A DNA stretch of 64,000 nucleotides from the IMG/VR virus record IMGVR_UViG_3300032007_000017; one strand, given 5' to 3'. Within the stretch, counting starts at the first letter, position 1. Every line of letters begins with the position of its first letter. The position numbers were made by a program, and so were the translations under genes. A model generated the notes under the pieces. The model ran no database searches. It worked only from the letters and a program-made list of their open reading frames with translations, and was not told where the DNA came from. Of this stretch, positions 21,730 through 30,522 are shown one piece after another. Source of the DNA: a virus (lineage: Duplodnaviria; Caudoviricetes).

Positions 21730-22396
21730 CTACTCTCGTCTCCCTATCACCATAATTCAGAGGATAAGAAATCTCATGTCCCATAGGATTAGCAACATCA
21801 TTTGTTGCATCAGACAGTGTCAGAGTAGCCTTGATGTCAAGAGCGTTACAATATGTAACGAGTTTCTTAAGAGAAATAGAATCTTTCTTAAGAAGTCTCT
21901 TATCGTTTGGGAAATTAGACTGTCCAAAACGATAATCATAACTATCAAGATCAATATGCTTTGCAACAATAGCTTCTTTCAAAGCAACCATTGCAGGTTC
22001 ATCACTCTCACTAATAACTGGGACTGTAAGAGAGTTAATCGTAGTCAGAATAGATCTCTCTTCTCGATTCAATCTATCCTGAGTAGCAATGACATCTCTA
22101 AGAGTTCTTGCTTCAGAGAAGTCAATAATATTAGACTGAGAGTATTCAGCAGTCTCATACTTAGTAGCAGGGGATTTGAACCAATCAAATCCAAGACCAA
22201 GACAATAGAGACCAGGACGAATATCATAATTGGGATTACGAATTGGATAAACAAATCCATCGCCAGGCATAACGGCAATAGATTCAGGATATGTCAAGTA
22301 TAATGCACGATTGTGACAAAACTCTTCATAGGTAACGACATCATAAAGAGCGTCACGAATCTTCATTTTCCTCATTGTGTGTCGACTCCTTTTCAA
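21710..22396 (-). CDS. Hypothetical protein with possible C-terminal XRE-like HTH
   Basis: ISLKKLVTYCNALDIKATLTL resembles an XRE-family C-terminus. Confidence 0.55.
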   Translation of the reverse strand: MKRSRHTMRKMKIRDALYDVVTYEEFCHNRALYLTYPESIAVMPGDGFVYPIRNPNYDIRPGLYCLGLGFDWFKSPATKYETAEYSQSNIIDFSEARTLRDVIATQDRLNREERSILTTINSLTVPVISESDEPAMVALKEAIVAKHIDLDSYDYRFGQSNFPNDKRLLKKDSISLKKLVTYCNALDIKATLTLSDATNDVANPMGHEISYPLNYGDRETRVDGDEEE

Positions 22397-22487
22397 AAAG
22401 TAAATGCGGGGGTGGGGTACACCCCCGCATCCTATTTTTTCTTAATTCACTGAAAATAAATCAAGTGTATTAAAAAGGAGCATCTTC

Positions 22488-23189
22488 TTAGGAAATGCGC
22501 AACTGGAAGATAGGCAGATACGGACTATTGCGAGACATTGCAGCCTTAGCAGCAACTGCCACGTCGTTCTTCTCAGTAGCATCATCGTTCTTAACGATCT
22601 GCTTGACAGAATAGCCAGGAACGATGGAGTATACCTTAACACCGCCCTCAAAGCTAACACTAGCCTCGAAGGTGGATTCCATCTTAAGGACAACCTCTTC
22701 CTCAGAATCGTTGGAGTTCGCATCGAGGAAGTTCTTGATCTGATTGATGAACTCTGTTATGATACGAATCAGATCAGAGTTAGAGTCGCAATGCGTACGA
22801 ATGTCAGTGAACAGTTCGGACTGAACGATCGTCAGGAATGCATCGCTGAAGGTATTCAGATTCTCATCACAACCTTCCATATCCTTCTCGTCGAAGGTCA
22901 TGGAGAGAACCCAGTTACCCTCATCTTCGGAATCATCAACCGGAGGCTCATAGTTGAGGATGGTGCCGATCACGAAGTTACCCTTATCATCATTAAAACT
23001 AAATCCAATCTTATGGACATTTTTCTTAGCATGATACTTAGTCATGAGTGCAAAGGAACGGAAGAAGACTCGATAGAGTCCACCGACCATGTACTCGGGG
23101 ACAATCATACTATACTTATCCTTAAGCTTCGTACGGATGTCATTGTTCAGGGTGCAGTTCTTGTCATTCAAAAAATCGAATGTCTTCAT
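22488..23189 (-). CDS. Hypothetical acidic protein (possible HU/IHF-like fold)
   Basis: RBS AAGGAG; codon usage like the major structural genes; weak HU-like pattern at the C-terminus. Confidence 0.55.
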   Translation of the reverse strand: MKTFDFLNDKNCTLNNDIRTKLKDKYSMIVPEYMVGGLYRVFFRSFALMTKYHAKKNVHKIGFSFNDDKGNFVIGTILNYEPPVDDSEDEGNWVLSMTFDEKDMEGCDENLNTFSDAFLTIVQSELFTDIRTHCDSNSDLIRIITEFINQIKNFLDANSNDSEEEVVLKMESTFEASVSFEGGVKVYSIVPGYSVKQIVKNDDATEKNDVAVAAKAAMSRNSPYLPIFQLRIS

Positions 23190-23311
23190 AGTGGTACTAC
23201 TCTCCTTACATCTTAAAAAATCTTATAATTAAACGATCTCTCGTTTAACCCAAATTAATAATATCTAGTTACTCTCGAGTTTAACCGTTTGTAATTTTTT
23301 ACATTAACTTG

Positions 23312-25657
23312 TTATATCTGAGAAAGATACCAGTCAATGTTTTTACGAAACTCCTCGATAGCAACTATCTTTGTTTGTGGGCCAATCTTAGTCAACTTAG
23401 TGCTGGTATATCCTGTATAAGGAACAATCAGCAAATCAGTTGCTTTGGTTACACCAGATTTAGAATTAGCATCATAACCTCTTCTAACGAGATCATCTTC
23501 TAATGTCTTATCTCTGCAACCAGTCCATCTTATTTGTTTTTGTTTTACTCCATAAGTGACCTGACAATTAGGCATATGCCTAATGATATTCAAATCCTCC
23601 ATGAAATAAGGTCTTTCCTTAATGATGATATCAGCAGTCTTCTGTCCGATTCCTTTAATACAACGAAGTCTAAAGGAAAGATCATTCGGAGTAGAATTCA
23701 TGATAGCATCAATAGGAACTTCTATCAAAATCTTTTTCCATGTCTCGGCAGCAATATCTGTAAAACCGAGAGCTCCTACCATACGATAGTCAGGAATAGG
23801 ACTATTCAAGAATAATTCTCTGGCTTCTACAAAGTTCTTTGCATTACCAGGCCCTAACTTTAATGCAACATCTGCAGGTTGAATGGTAAGATAATCTTTA
23901 AAAGATCTCAACTTAAGTTTCTTTACTGCAGATTCTGCAAACCCTCTAATGGTTAATTTATCAAGCATATTGGCAACTCTAGAGATTTGTCTTTCAGGAC
24001 AAGTAAAGTTAGGACAATATGCTGAATCTGCCGTACCATCATCCTTATAGAAGAATGTGAGCGGAGATCTACAGAAGGGACAAACAGTCGGAAAAGGTAT
24101 TACTTGTCCAACATGTTCAAAATACTCATCGATATCATTATATCCACCAGGTCTCTTTGTAAGATAAGGCATTACATCATTCACATATGTGAGATAGACT
24201 GGATCACCTTCACAAAGAGCTAGGTCTTGAAATCTACCATAAGAGTGACAAGAAGATTTTGTATGAATAGTACCAATAAATTCCACAGGATCATAATGAG
24301 CCATCGGAATTACAATACCATTCTGTCCTACTTCAAAACTCCAACCTCTAAAGATAGATCTCTTTGTAAGTGGATTGAACTTAATTGCCATAGAGAATTG
24401 ATCTACAGAGTTCTTGGTTCCAAGAATATCTCTAGCATTTTTATCTGCGATATGAACAACCACACCGTCATACATAAAGTTAGAGATCTCTCTCATAGAC
24501 TCTGCTTCTTTTACAAACTCATATACTTGATATAGGACTGTATTATAGTCTCCTTCAATAACAGCATACGGAAGAGCAACATCTTTCGTATAATACTGAT
24601 TCATGAACTTGACTTCATCTACAGGATCTATATCAAGAGAAGTCTTTAATGGAACTAATGTGATAAAGTCACGATACTTATAAGCATCGGTTCCTTTCAT
24701 AATTCCAATGACTCCATTACGAGCATTCTTATAAGACTTTCCTTTAAGCCGTCCAACAATCTCAAGATTAGTCTTTGTAATGATACATTCAAAGAGCATA
24801 CCAAAAGATTCTGTAACAGGAACAGCTCTAGGGAATTTATAATCTTTGAAGATGACAGTCAGATCATCAGCAATATCTGTATTTGCATCACCTCTAGATC
24901 TGGCTCCATGAATTCTATCAGTAACTTCAGTTTCAACAGAGAATCCATCCATCTTAAGCTCTACTAATAGCTTAATATGATTTGGATTTAAAGCTCCCAT
25001 AGAAACTAGCTTACCTAAGAAATCTCGTTCAAAGATCTTAATTGTTGGATCATTAAGAATATCTGGATTGCTTTCAAGAACTTCTTTGATAAGTGTAAAC
25101 TTGCACTTATCGAGAGTTCCACTAAGCTTCCGATATCTTCTCTGTGCATTGATTGTTACACTTCTATACTCTGGATAATCTTTAGGAGGTTTAATCTCAT
25201 AGAAAGCAGGATTGACTGGAGGTTGATTGAATAATTGGTCTCTGAATATCCACTGATCTACTGGCTTTCTAGATTCATCAATCAATTTGAATGGATAATA
25301 ATACTGAGTAGCACTTGTAGTATTATTTCTCTCACTTGTATAATCAATAGGTACAAAATCTGCACCAACTTGATATACATCTGGATAGATTTGCTTATAC
25401 ATATTCATAAGCATATCATAAATTCCATCATCTACAAGTGGTTCTGCATCAAAGTTATTATAGATGATATTGAAGATTCTCATCAATGTATCGAGATCTT
25501 CATTATACTTATCGTCATAGGTATTATTCTTATATGCATCTAAAAGAAACATTACAAAGTTTTGAATGATTCCTTTATTTGCATAAAGTTCTTCCATAAC
25601 AGATCTATCACCGGCAAGCAATCGCTGGTGAGCTTGTTTAATGTCAAATGTTTGCAT
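23312..25657 (-). CDS. ligA: NAD-dependent DNA ligase
   Basis: Motif I ELKMDG, SRGD, DGVVV, AIKF, Zn finger CPFC..CPNFTC, HhH GIGQKTA, C-terminal BRCT. Confidence 0.92.
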   Translation of the reverse strand: MQTFDIKQAHQRLLAGDRSVMEELYANKGIIQNFVMFLLDAYKNNTYDDKYNEDLDTLMRIFNIIYNNFDAEPLVDDGIYDMLMNMYKQIYPDVYQVGADFVPIDYTSERNNTTSATQYYYPFKLIDESRKPVDQWIFRDQLFNQPPVNPAFYEIKPPKDYPEYRSVTINAQRRYRKLSGTLDKCKFTLIKEVLESNPDILNDPTIKIFERDFLGKLVSMGALNPNHIKLLVELKMDGFSVETEVTDRIHGARSRGDANTDIADDLTVIFKDYKFPRAVPVTESFGMLFECIITKTNLEIVGRLKGKSYKNARNGVIGIMKGTDAYKYRDFITLVPLKTSLDIDPVDEVKFMNQYYTKDVALPYAVIEGDYNTVLYQVYEFVKEAESMREISNFMYDGVVVHIADKNARDILGTKNSVDQFSMAIKFNPLTKRSIFRGWSFEVGQNGIVIPMAHYDPVEFIGTIHTKSSCHSYGRFQDLALCEGDPVYLTYVNDVMPYLTKRPGGYNDIDEYFEHVGQVIPFPTVCPFCRSPLTFFYKDDGTADSAYCPNFTCPERQISRVANMLDKLTIRGFAESAVKKLKLRSFKDYLTIQPADVALKLGPGNAKNFVEARELFLNSPIPDYRMVGALGFTDIAAETWKKILIEVPIDAIMNSTPNDLSFRLRCIKGIGQKTADIIIKERPYFMEDLNIIRHMPNCQVTYGVKQKQIRWTGCRDKTLEDDLVRRGYDANSKSGVTKATDLLIVPYTGYTSTKLTKIGPQTKIVAIEEFRKNIDWYLSQI

Positions 25658-25732
25658 ATAAACACTCCTTTCTCATAATAATAATATCTAATTTCAGAGT
25701 GTATTGAAGAGGGGATTGCTCCCCTCTTCAAA

Positions 25733-26854
25733 TCATTTCATAGCTTTTCCAACAGCATTAATTGTTTGCAAAGTTCCATATGAAACCTGTTGATTGTTTT
25801 CTATAATAGCCTTTGCAAGTGCTGCTTCCTCATTATGACGATCAGTATCACGTATCTGATTAATACGTTCAATCATTTCGTCCTGAGAAATATCAAACTC
25901 AAGCGGAGATCTCAAGAAAGGATACTTATACTTTCTATTGAACTCTGCCCTCTCCATAACTGCTTCATGATCAACATATTCACCATCCTGATATTCAATA
26001 AACGGATGATAATAGGTCTTATCAGAAGCAAAGAACTTAAAGGGATTTCTAAGGAAAGGTTGAGCTTTGATTTTAGGAATCTTCATGAACTTAAGAGCTA
26101 ATCCAATTGTCTTTAGATAAGTCGAAAGGATTTCAGCTCCAATGTTTCGTGAATTGTTTTCAAGTTGAATGTCTACATTATATGGGTTGTTTGTCATTGC
26201 AGATTCACAAAGCATTCTAGCTTCAGGAGAAGAAGAATACAACATGAGAACCTGAATTACCAAGTCAATACCCATATGGCTCAGATCACCTAATTCCATG
26301 TCTCCGAATCTAATCGGAGTTCTAGAGAATTGAGCCTTGTATACTTTACTAGCCTTATTACGACTATTCTCATTCTTGATATTAGTTGCAGAAAGACTAG
26401 TAACTGAGAATTTCTCTTCTGCATGCTGCTTCAATCTATAATAATACACATATCCGCAGACAACAGGACGACGAGAAGTGACATATCTAATATTTCCGTT
26501 GGAGTCTTCAAGAGGCATAAGAATATGCTCTTGCTGAATCCAAGGAAATGCGTGTTGTAAAGCTCTGATAGTCTCCAAAGAAGGAGTATCAGTGCCAGGA
26601 TCTACATTGATATACAGCATTCCATCATCAATGATACTACTGATATATTGGGCAACTGTATCATCAGAAGCATTAGAGATAAACTCAGAAAGTACCTGAT
26701 ATTCTTTAGGAGATACAATCTGATAGAATGTCAGAATATTTCTGATATTATCTTCAATACTACTAAATTCATTGCATAATGATTTTACGATATTTTTAGC
26801 CTTATGTGTGTAAGACAGTTCAAATAGCTGACCGCCATTTTCACGTCCGTATAC
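25733..26854 (-). CDS. Non-virion RNAP beta subunit C-terminal part, exon 3
   Basis: VYGRENGGQ completes DIQVNMCG|VYGRENGGQ (bacterial DIVLNPLGVPSRMNIGQ); GYVYYYRLKQH, RFGDME. Confidence 0.9.
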   Translation of the reverse strand, partial: VYGRENGGQLFELSYTHKAKNIVKSLCNEFSSIEDNIRNILTFYQIVSPKEYQVLSEFISNASDDTVAQYISSIIDDGMLYINVDPGTDTPSLETIRALQHAFPWIQQEHILMPLEDSNGNIRYVTSRRPVVCGYVYYYRLKQHAEEKFSVTSLSATNIKNENSRNKASKVYKAQFSRTPIRFGDMELGDLSHMGIDLVIQVLMLYSSSPEARMLCESAMTNNPYNVDIQLENNSRNIGAEILSTYLKTIGLALKFMKIPKIKAQPFLRNPFKFFASDKTYYHPFIEYQDGEYVDHEAVMERAEFNRKYKYPFLRSPLEFDISQDEMIERINQIRDTDRHNEEAALAKAIIENNQQVSYGTLQTINAVGKAMK

Positions 26855-27255
26855 CATATTTTACAAATTATAATATTATAATTTATAAAATCTTTATCTA
26901 TATTCGTTAGATATAGATATAGTCATATAGACTATCTCATACTTTCATATGAGTGGAGATCATTTGTTCATCCTATTTCTAGGAGTCGGATTTTTCGAAC
27001 TCACTTAAGTCCTACTCTCCCGCAAGGAGATGACCGTTGAACCTTCACCATTTTACAGGTGAGTGGCTGCTAAACACCCATTTACTATCATTTAGGATTT
27101 GACCATGTGATAATCCTAATCTCTTTTTTCTGCTTTCGCAACTATCACGCTTACTGTTTCCAGTTACGTTGTAGTGGATTAGGCTTTAGGGTTTCAAAGC
27201 AATTAACCCGAAGTACTTGCATATTACTATACAAGCAGTGCATACTTTAATTTAC
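26855..27255 (-). ncRNA. Group I intron (ORF-less, 401 nt) in nvRNAP beta-C; boundaries may be shifted by 2 nt (26853-27253)
   Basis: Minus strand: P TTAATTGCTTTGAAAC, Q TTTAGCAGCC, R GTTCAACGGTCA, S AACAAATGATCT; P2 and P9 GNRA hairpins; removal restores the frame and a conserved motif. Confidence 0.9.
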
Positions 27256-28365
27256 ACCACACATATTGACTTGAATATCAACAACTTCACCGTCATAGGT
27301 TTTAGGCATCAGATTATCGGGTTTAACCCTAGAAATGACACCTTTACCCCCATAGCGGTTGGTCAACTTGTCGCCAGCACACGCTTTGATATTTTCAACA
27401 ACGGTAATGGTGATTACAGTACCGGAGAATACCCTCTCATTCAAGAACTTATCACCTTTCAGCTCTGCTTGACAATTGCTGTAAAGCTTCTGAAGGTCAT
27501 AAGTCATAGATACATGAGATCCATCTCCACGATATTGATCTACTACATCAACAATTTCTTGGCACATACGCATATGCTCTGCATGATACCTAGCAATCTG
27601 TTGATAGTAGATCTCATCAAAGACTTCAGGATTATTACATTGCACATCAATATCGACTACTTTACCAAAGACGGTAATCTTCTCGTCAGACATAAATGCA
27701 GTAGACAATCTATTGAAGTCTTGAGAATAGAATGCTTCTTCTTTTTTCTCTTTGCGAACAGCACAGAGAATATCATCTTTTGTCATCTCTCCAATATCAG
27801 GAAAGATCTTATAATTATTTGCATCGCCAAAGAGATTCAAAGGAATATCATTTACGTTGAAAGTGATATTAAACTTATGGATCAAAGGAGATGCAAGCTT
27901 TTCAGAGGCTGATTCAGAGATAATGATAGAGTCTTCCATTGTCTCTTCAGAAGCATTGAAGAGAACGAGAAGATTCTTACCATCCATTCTGTTATTGTAT
28001 TCATCAAATGCTCTTGATTTGTGAAGAACGGTTCCCTTAGGAACCCCTCCTCCAACTACAATAGCATCAAGCTCTGTATTATCATTGATGTATCCAAATG
28101 TTTCAGTAATATGCTGATATTCGGATCTTTCAATAACATCAAGCTTTTTACCACTCTCATCTAAGAGAATGATATAGTAGTGATCATAAGGACGAGAACT
28201 ATACTTAGGAATAATTCCTACTGCAGTATAATCCTGATCTGCTATTCTAAAAGAAGATGAATACTGACCAAACTGATTTTCAAAACCAGTAGATACATAG
28301 GGGACATCTGGATTACATAATGCCAATCTCTGCTCAAGGTTAGTTGAGAACATTAACTTCCGCAC
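27256..28365 (-). CDS. Non-virion RNAP beta subunit C-terminal part, exon 2
   Basis: RKLMFSTNLEQ, GKNLLV, EDSIIISES, GDKLTNRYGGKGVISR. Confidence 0.9.
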
Positions 28366-28560
28366 CATATTCTATAGTATTGTAAAATACTCTAGTTCCT
28401 AGTTCACTGAATCCCTACTAGTTTAATACTAGATTTCTTATACTAATATTTCCGGAAGTTACACAAAAATACTAATATAAGAGCGGAATTCTCCGAAGGC
28501 TTAAACTCCCATGTATGGATCATGGTACATAAACACAGCAAAGTATAGAGAACTCTTTAC
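28366..28560 (-). ncRNA. Putative TnpB omegaRNA scaffold
   Basis: Directly downstream of tnpB: TATGTACCATG..CATGGGAGTTTAAGCCTTCGGAG..long hairpin..GGGATTCAGTGAACTAGGAA; resembles right-end RNAs of Firmicute TnpB elements as I recall them. Confidence 0.65.
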
Positions 28561-28564
28561 TTAT

Positions 28565-29821
28565 TTATGCTATGTCTTTAAGTAAGAGTGTTTCTCTTCC
28601 CTCGGAAGTAACTAGGGGTTGTTGATATGCCAAATTCCGTAAATTATAAGCGGCATTAAGGTCTCGATCTTCTGTATATCCACAAATTGGGCATACAAAA
28701 GTTCTATAGCCATTAATATAGTAACCCTTAGATCCACAATGACTACATTGTTTTGAAGATGGAAAATATTTATTAGCAGTAATGACAGGAATATTTCTCC
28801 ACCTAGCTTTATACTTTAGCTGACGATGTATTTCACAATACATCATTTGATCATTATATGATCGTAAAGCATAATTATTGTGAAGCTGTTCATTAACAGA
28901 AATCGACTCGATTACTATTGCTTCTGGATTTCTATCAACAATTTCTTTTGTGGCTTTATTGATGTCATTTTTGCGTATATTTACCATCTTTTTAATGAGC
29001 TTAAGGCGTTTATTTTTTCGCTTATAATGATTTATAGATTTTGGCACATCCTCGTACTTGGTTCTCGTAGCGAGTCTGATCTTATTATACTTTTCATAAT
29101 CCTTACTTAATCTACGATCTAATTTTCTTCTACGTTGCTCAAGCTTTGATGTATCAGTAAATTTGTAGAATTTACCATATGAAGTTGTGATCATATTTAT
29201 AAGTCCTACATCAATACCAACAGGTTCAGTTTTTGGTTTATCTTCCATAGAAATATGTGTTTTATCATAATTTTCATATGAAGCCCCAAACCAAAAATTC
29301 AATCCATCATAATGAACTGAACAACGATAGAATTTGGTTCCTTTAGGAATTTGATGATCTTTTGCAAGTACCTTCAAATCCTTAATACCAGAAATGCTAA
29401 TATAATCTCCTATAACCCTAGTTCTATCGTGTCTAGGAGAAAAAGACCTGGATTTATATTCATTTTTTCTAGACTTAAACTTTGGGTATCTGTTTGGATT
29501 CGATTTATCAAAAAATCCTTGGAATGCTTTATCTAGATGGTCAAGGGTTTCTCTCATACATCCAACAGTTGATTCCTTAAGCCATTTATATCTAGAATCA
29601 TGATTCCGCATATTAGCAAATTTTGTTATTAGATCATAGTAGCTAATGTATGGATTTCCATCAGCATGATTATTATTTTGTATCTCAAGACCAAGATTAT
29701 AGATAGCTCTAGCCAATTGAATTTGGCGCATAAGCTGTTTTGCTTGCTCTTCTGTAGGATAGAGCTTAATTCTGACGCCTACAAGATTTTCCTCATTTAC
29801 ATTAGGTGGTTTTCGACCCAT
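28565..29821 (-). CDS. tnpB: TnpB RNA-guided nuclease
   Basis: HTH KLYPTEEQ, YPKFKSRK, RuvC-I GIDVG, RuvC-II IVIESI, Zn finger CSHC..CPIC, RuvC-III DRDLNAAYNL; RBS AAAGGAGG before ATG 29821. Confidence 0.93.
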   Translation of the reverse strand: MGRKPPNVNEENLVGVRIKLYPTEEQAKQLMRQIQLARAIYNLGLEIQNNNHADGNPYISYYDLITKFANMRNHDSRYKWLKESTVGCMRETLDHLDKAFQGFFDKSNPNRYPKFKSRKNEYKSRSFSPRHDRTRVIGDYISISGIKDLKVLAKDHQIPKGTKFYRCSVHYDGLNFWFGASYENYDKTHISMEDKPKTEPVGIDVGLINMITTSYGKFYKFTDTSKLEQRRRKLDRRLSKDYEKYNKIRLATRTKYEDVPKSINHYKRKNKRLKLIKKMVNIRKNDINKATKEIVDRNPEAIVIESISVNEQLHNNYALRSYNDQMMYCEIHRQLKYKARWRNIPVITANKYFPSSKQCSHCGSKGYYINGYRTFVCPICGYTEDRDLNAAYNLRNLAYQQPLVTSEGRETLLLKDIA

Positions 29822-30215
29822 CGAATACACCTCCTTTCTATAATGATTTACATATTAGTACGATGAATATTATTTTACAATACTTTCGAACACCTTTGTC
29901 TATATTCGCAACTTATAGACCCTTTCGGCTCATACTTTCATATGAGTGGAGATCATTTGTTCATCCTATTTCTAGGAGTCGGATTTTTCTTCCACCATAA
30001 GCTTGTGGTTCTACTCTCCCGCAAGGAGATGATCGTTGAACCTTCACCATGCTAATCGTTTAGGTGAGTGGCTGCTAAACATCCCAATCTCTATACTTTT
30101 TATATCCATCACGCTTATCGTTTCCAATTACGTTGTGGATATAGAGCTCTAAGGGATATGTCAAAGCAATTAACCCGAAGTACTTATAGATTACTCTATA
30201 AGCAGTGCGCTATAC

Positions 30216-30320
30216 ACCGGAGTTTGTGCAGTTGAATGGCATTAAGGTTCCTTTACCAAAAAGATGTTCTGGTGTAGGAAGTGGTGCATTTCTAATCTGT
30301 TCTACAAGTTCACTTGCCAT
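30216..30320 (-). CDS. Non-virion RNAP beta subunit C-terminal part, exon 1 (35 codons; spliced protein ~778 aa)
   Basis: RBS AAGGAGG, then MASELVEQIRNAPLPTPEHLFGKGTLMPFNCTNSG; absent from the ORF track. Confidence 0.85.
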
Positions 30321-30438
30321 GATTTATTCCTCCTTCATGTATTGTGCAGTTGAATGGCATTAAGGTTCCTTTACCAAAAAGATGTTCTGGTGTAGGAAGT
30401 GGTGCGCTTCTAATCTGTTCTACAAGTTCACTTGCCAT
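30224..30438 (-). repeat. 97-bp tandem duplication of the RNAP beta-C gene start
   Basis: 30224-30320 and 30342-30438 differ at 2 nt; each copy has its own RBS. Confidence 0.95.
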
Positions 30439-30522
30439 AATGAAATCTCTCCTTACATGTGTGCGTCATTTAAGAAGAAGCCAGTCTAGAAATGTGTCTA
30501 TTTCTAGACTGGCTTTTGATTA

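Larger units (their letters stand above)
28366..30215 (-). mobile_element. Group I intron (1850 nt) carrying tnpB and an omegaRNA-like scaffold, no tnpA; boundaries may be 28364-30213
   Basis: Core closely related to the 26855-27255 intron; P7 GATCA/TGATC; removal gives PFNCTNSG|VRKLMF (bacterial PFLEHDDANRALMG); AGTATTGTAAAATA (~29870-29884) pairs with TATTTTACAATACT (~28376-28389), enclosing tnpB. Confidence 0.9.

Noticed and set aside
28565-29830. Independent IS200/IS605 or IS607 insertion, or a Cas12f CRISPR effector
   Set aside because: No tnpA, CRISPR array or cas genes seen; the ORF is enclosed by an intron stem. A remote tnpA outside the window cannot be excluded.
25733-30320. RNAP beta-C and gyrB as pseudogenes or frameshifted genes
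   Set aside because: Each break coincides with a full group I core whose removal restores the frame and a conserved motif.
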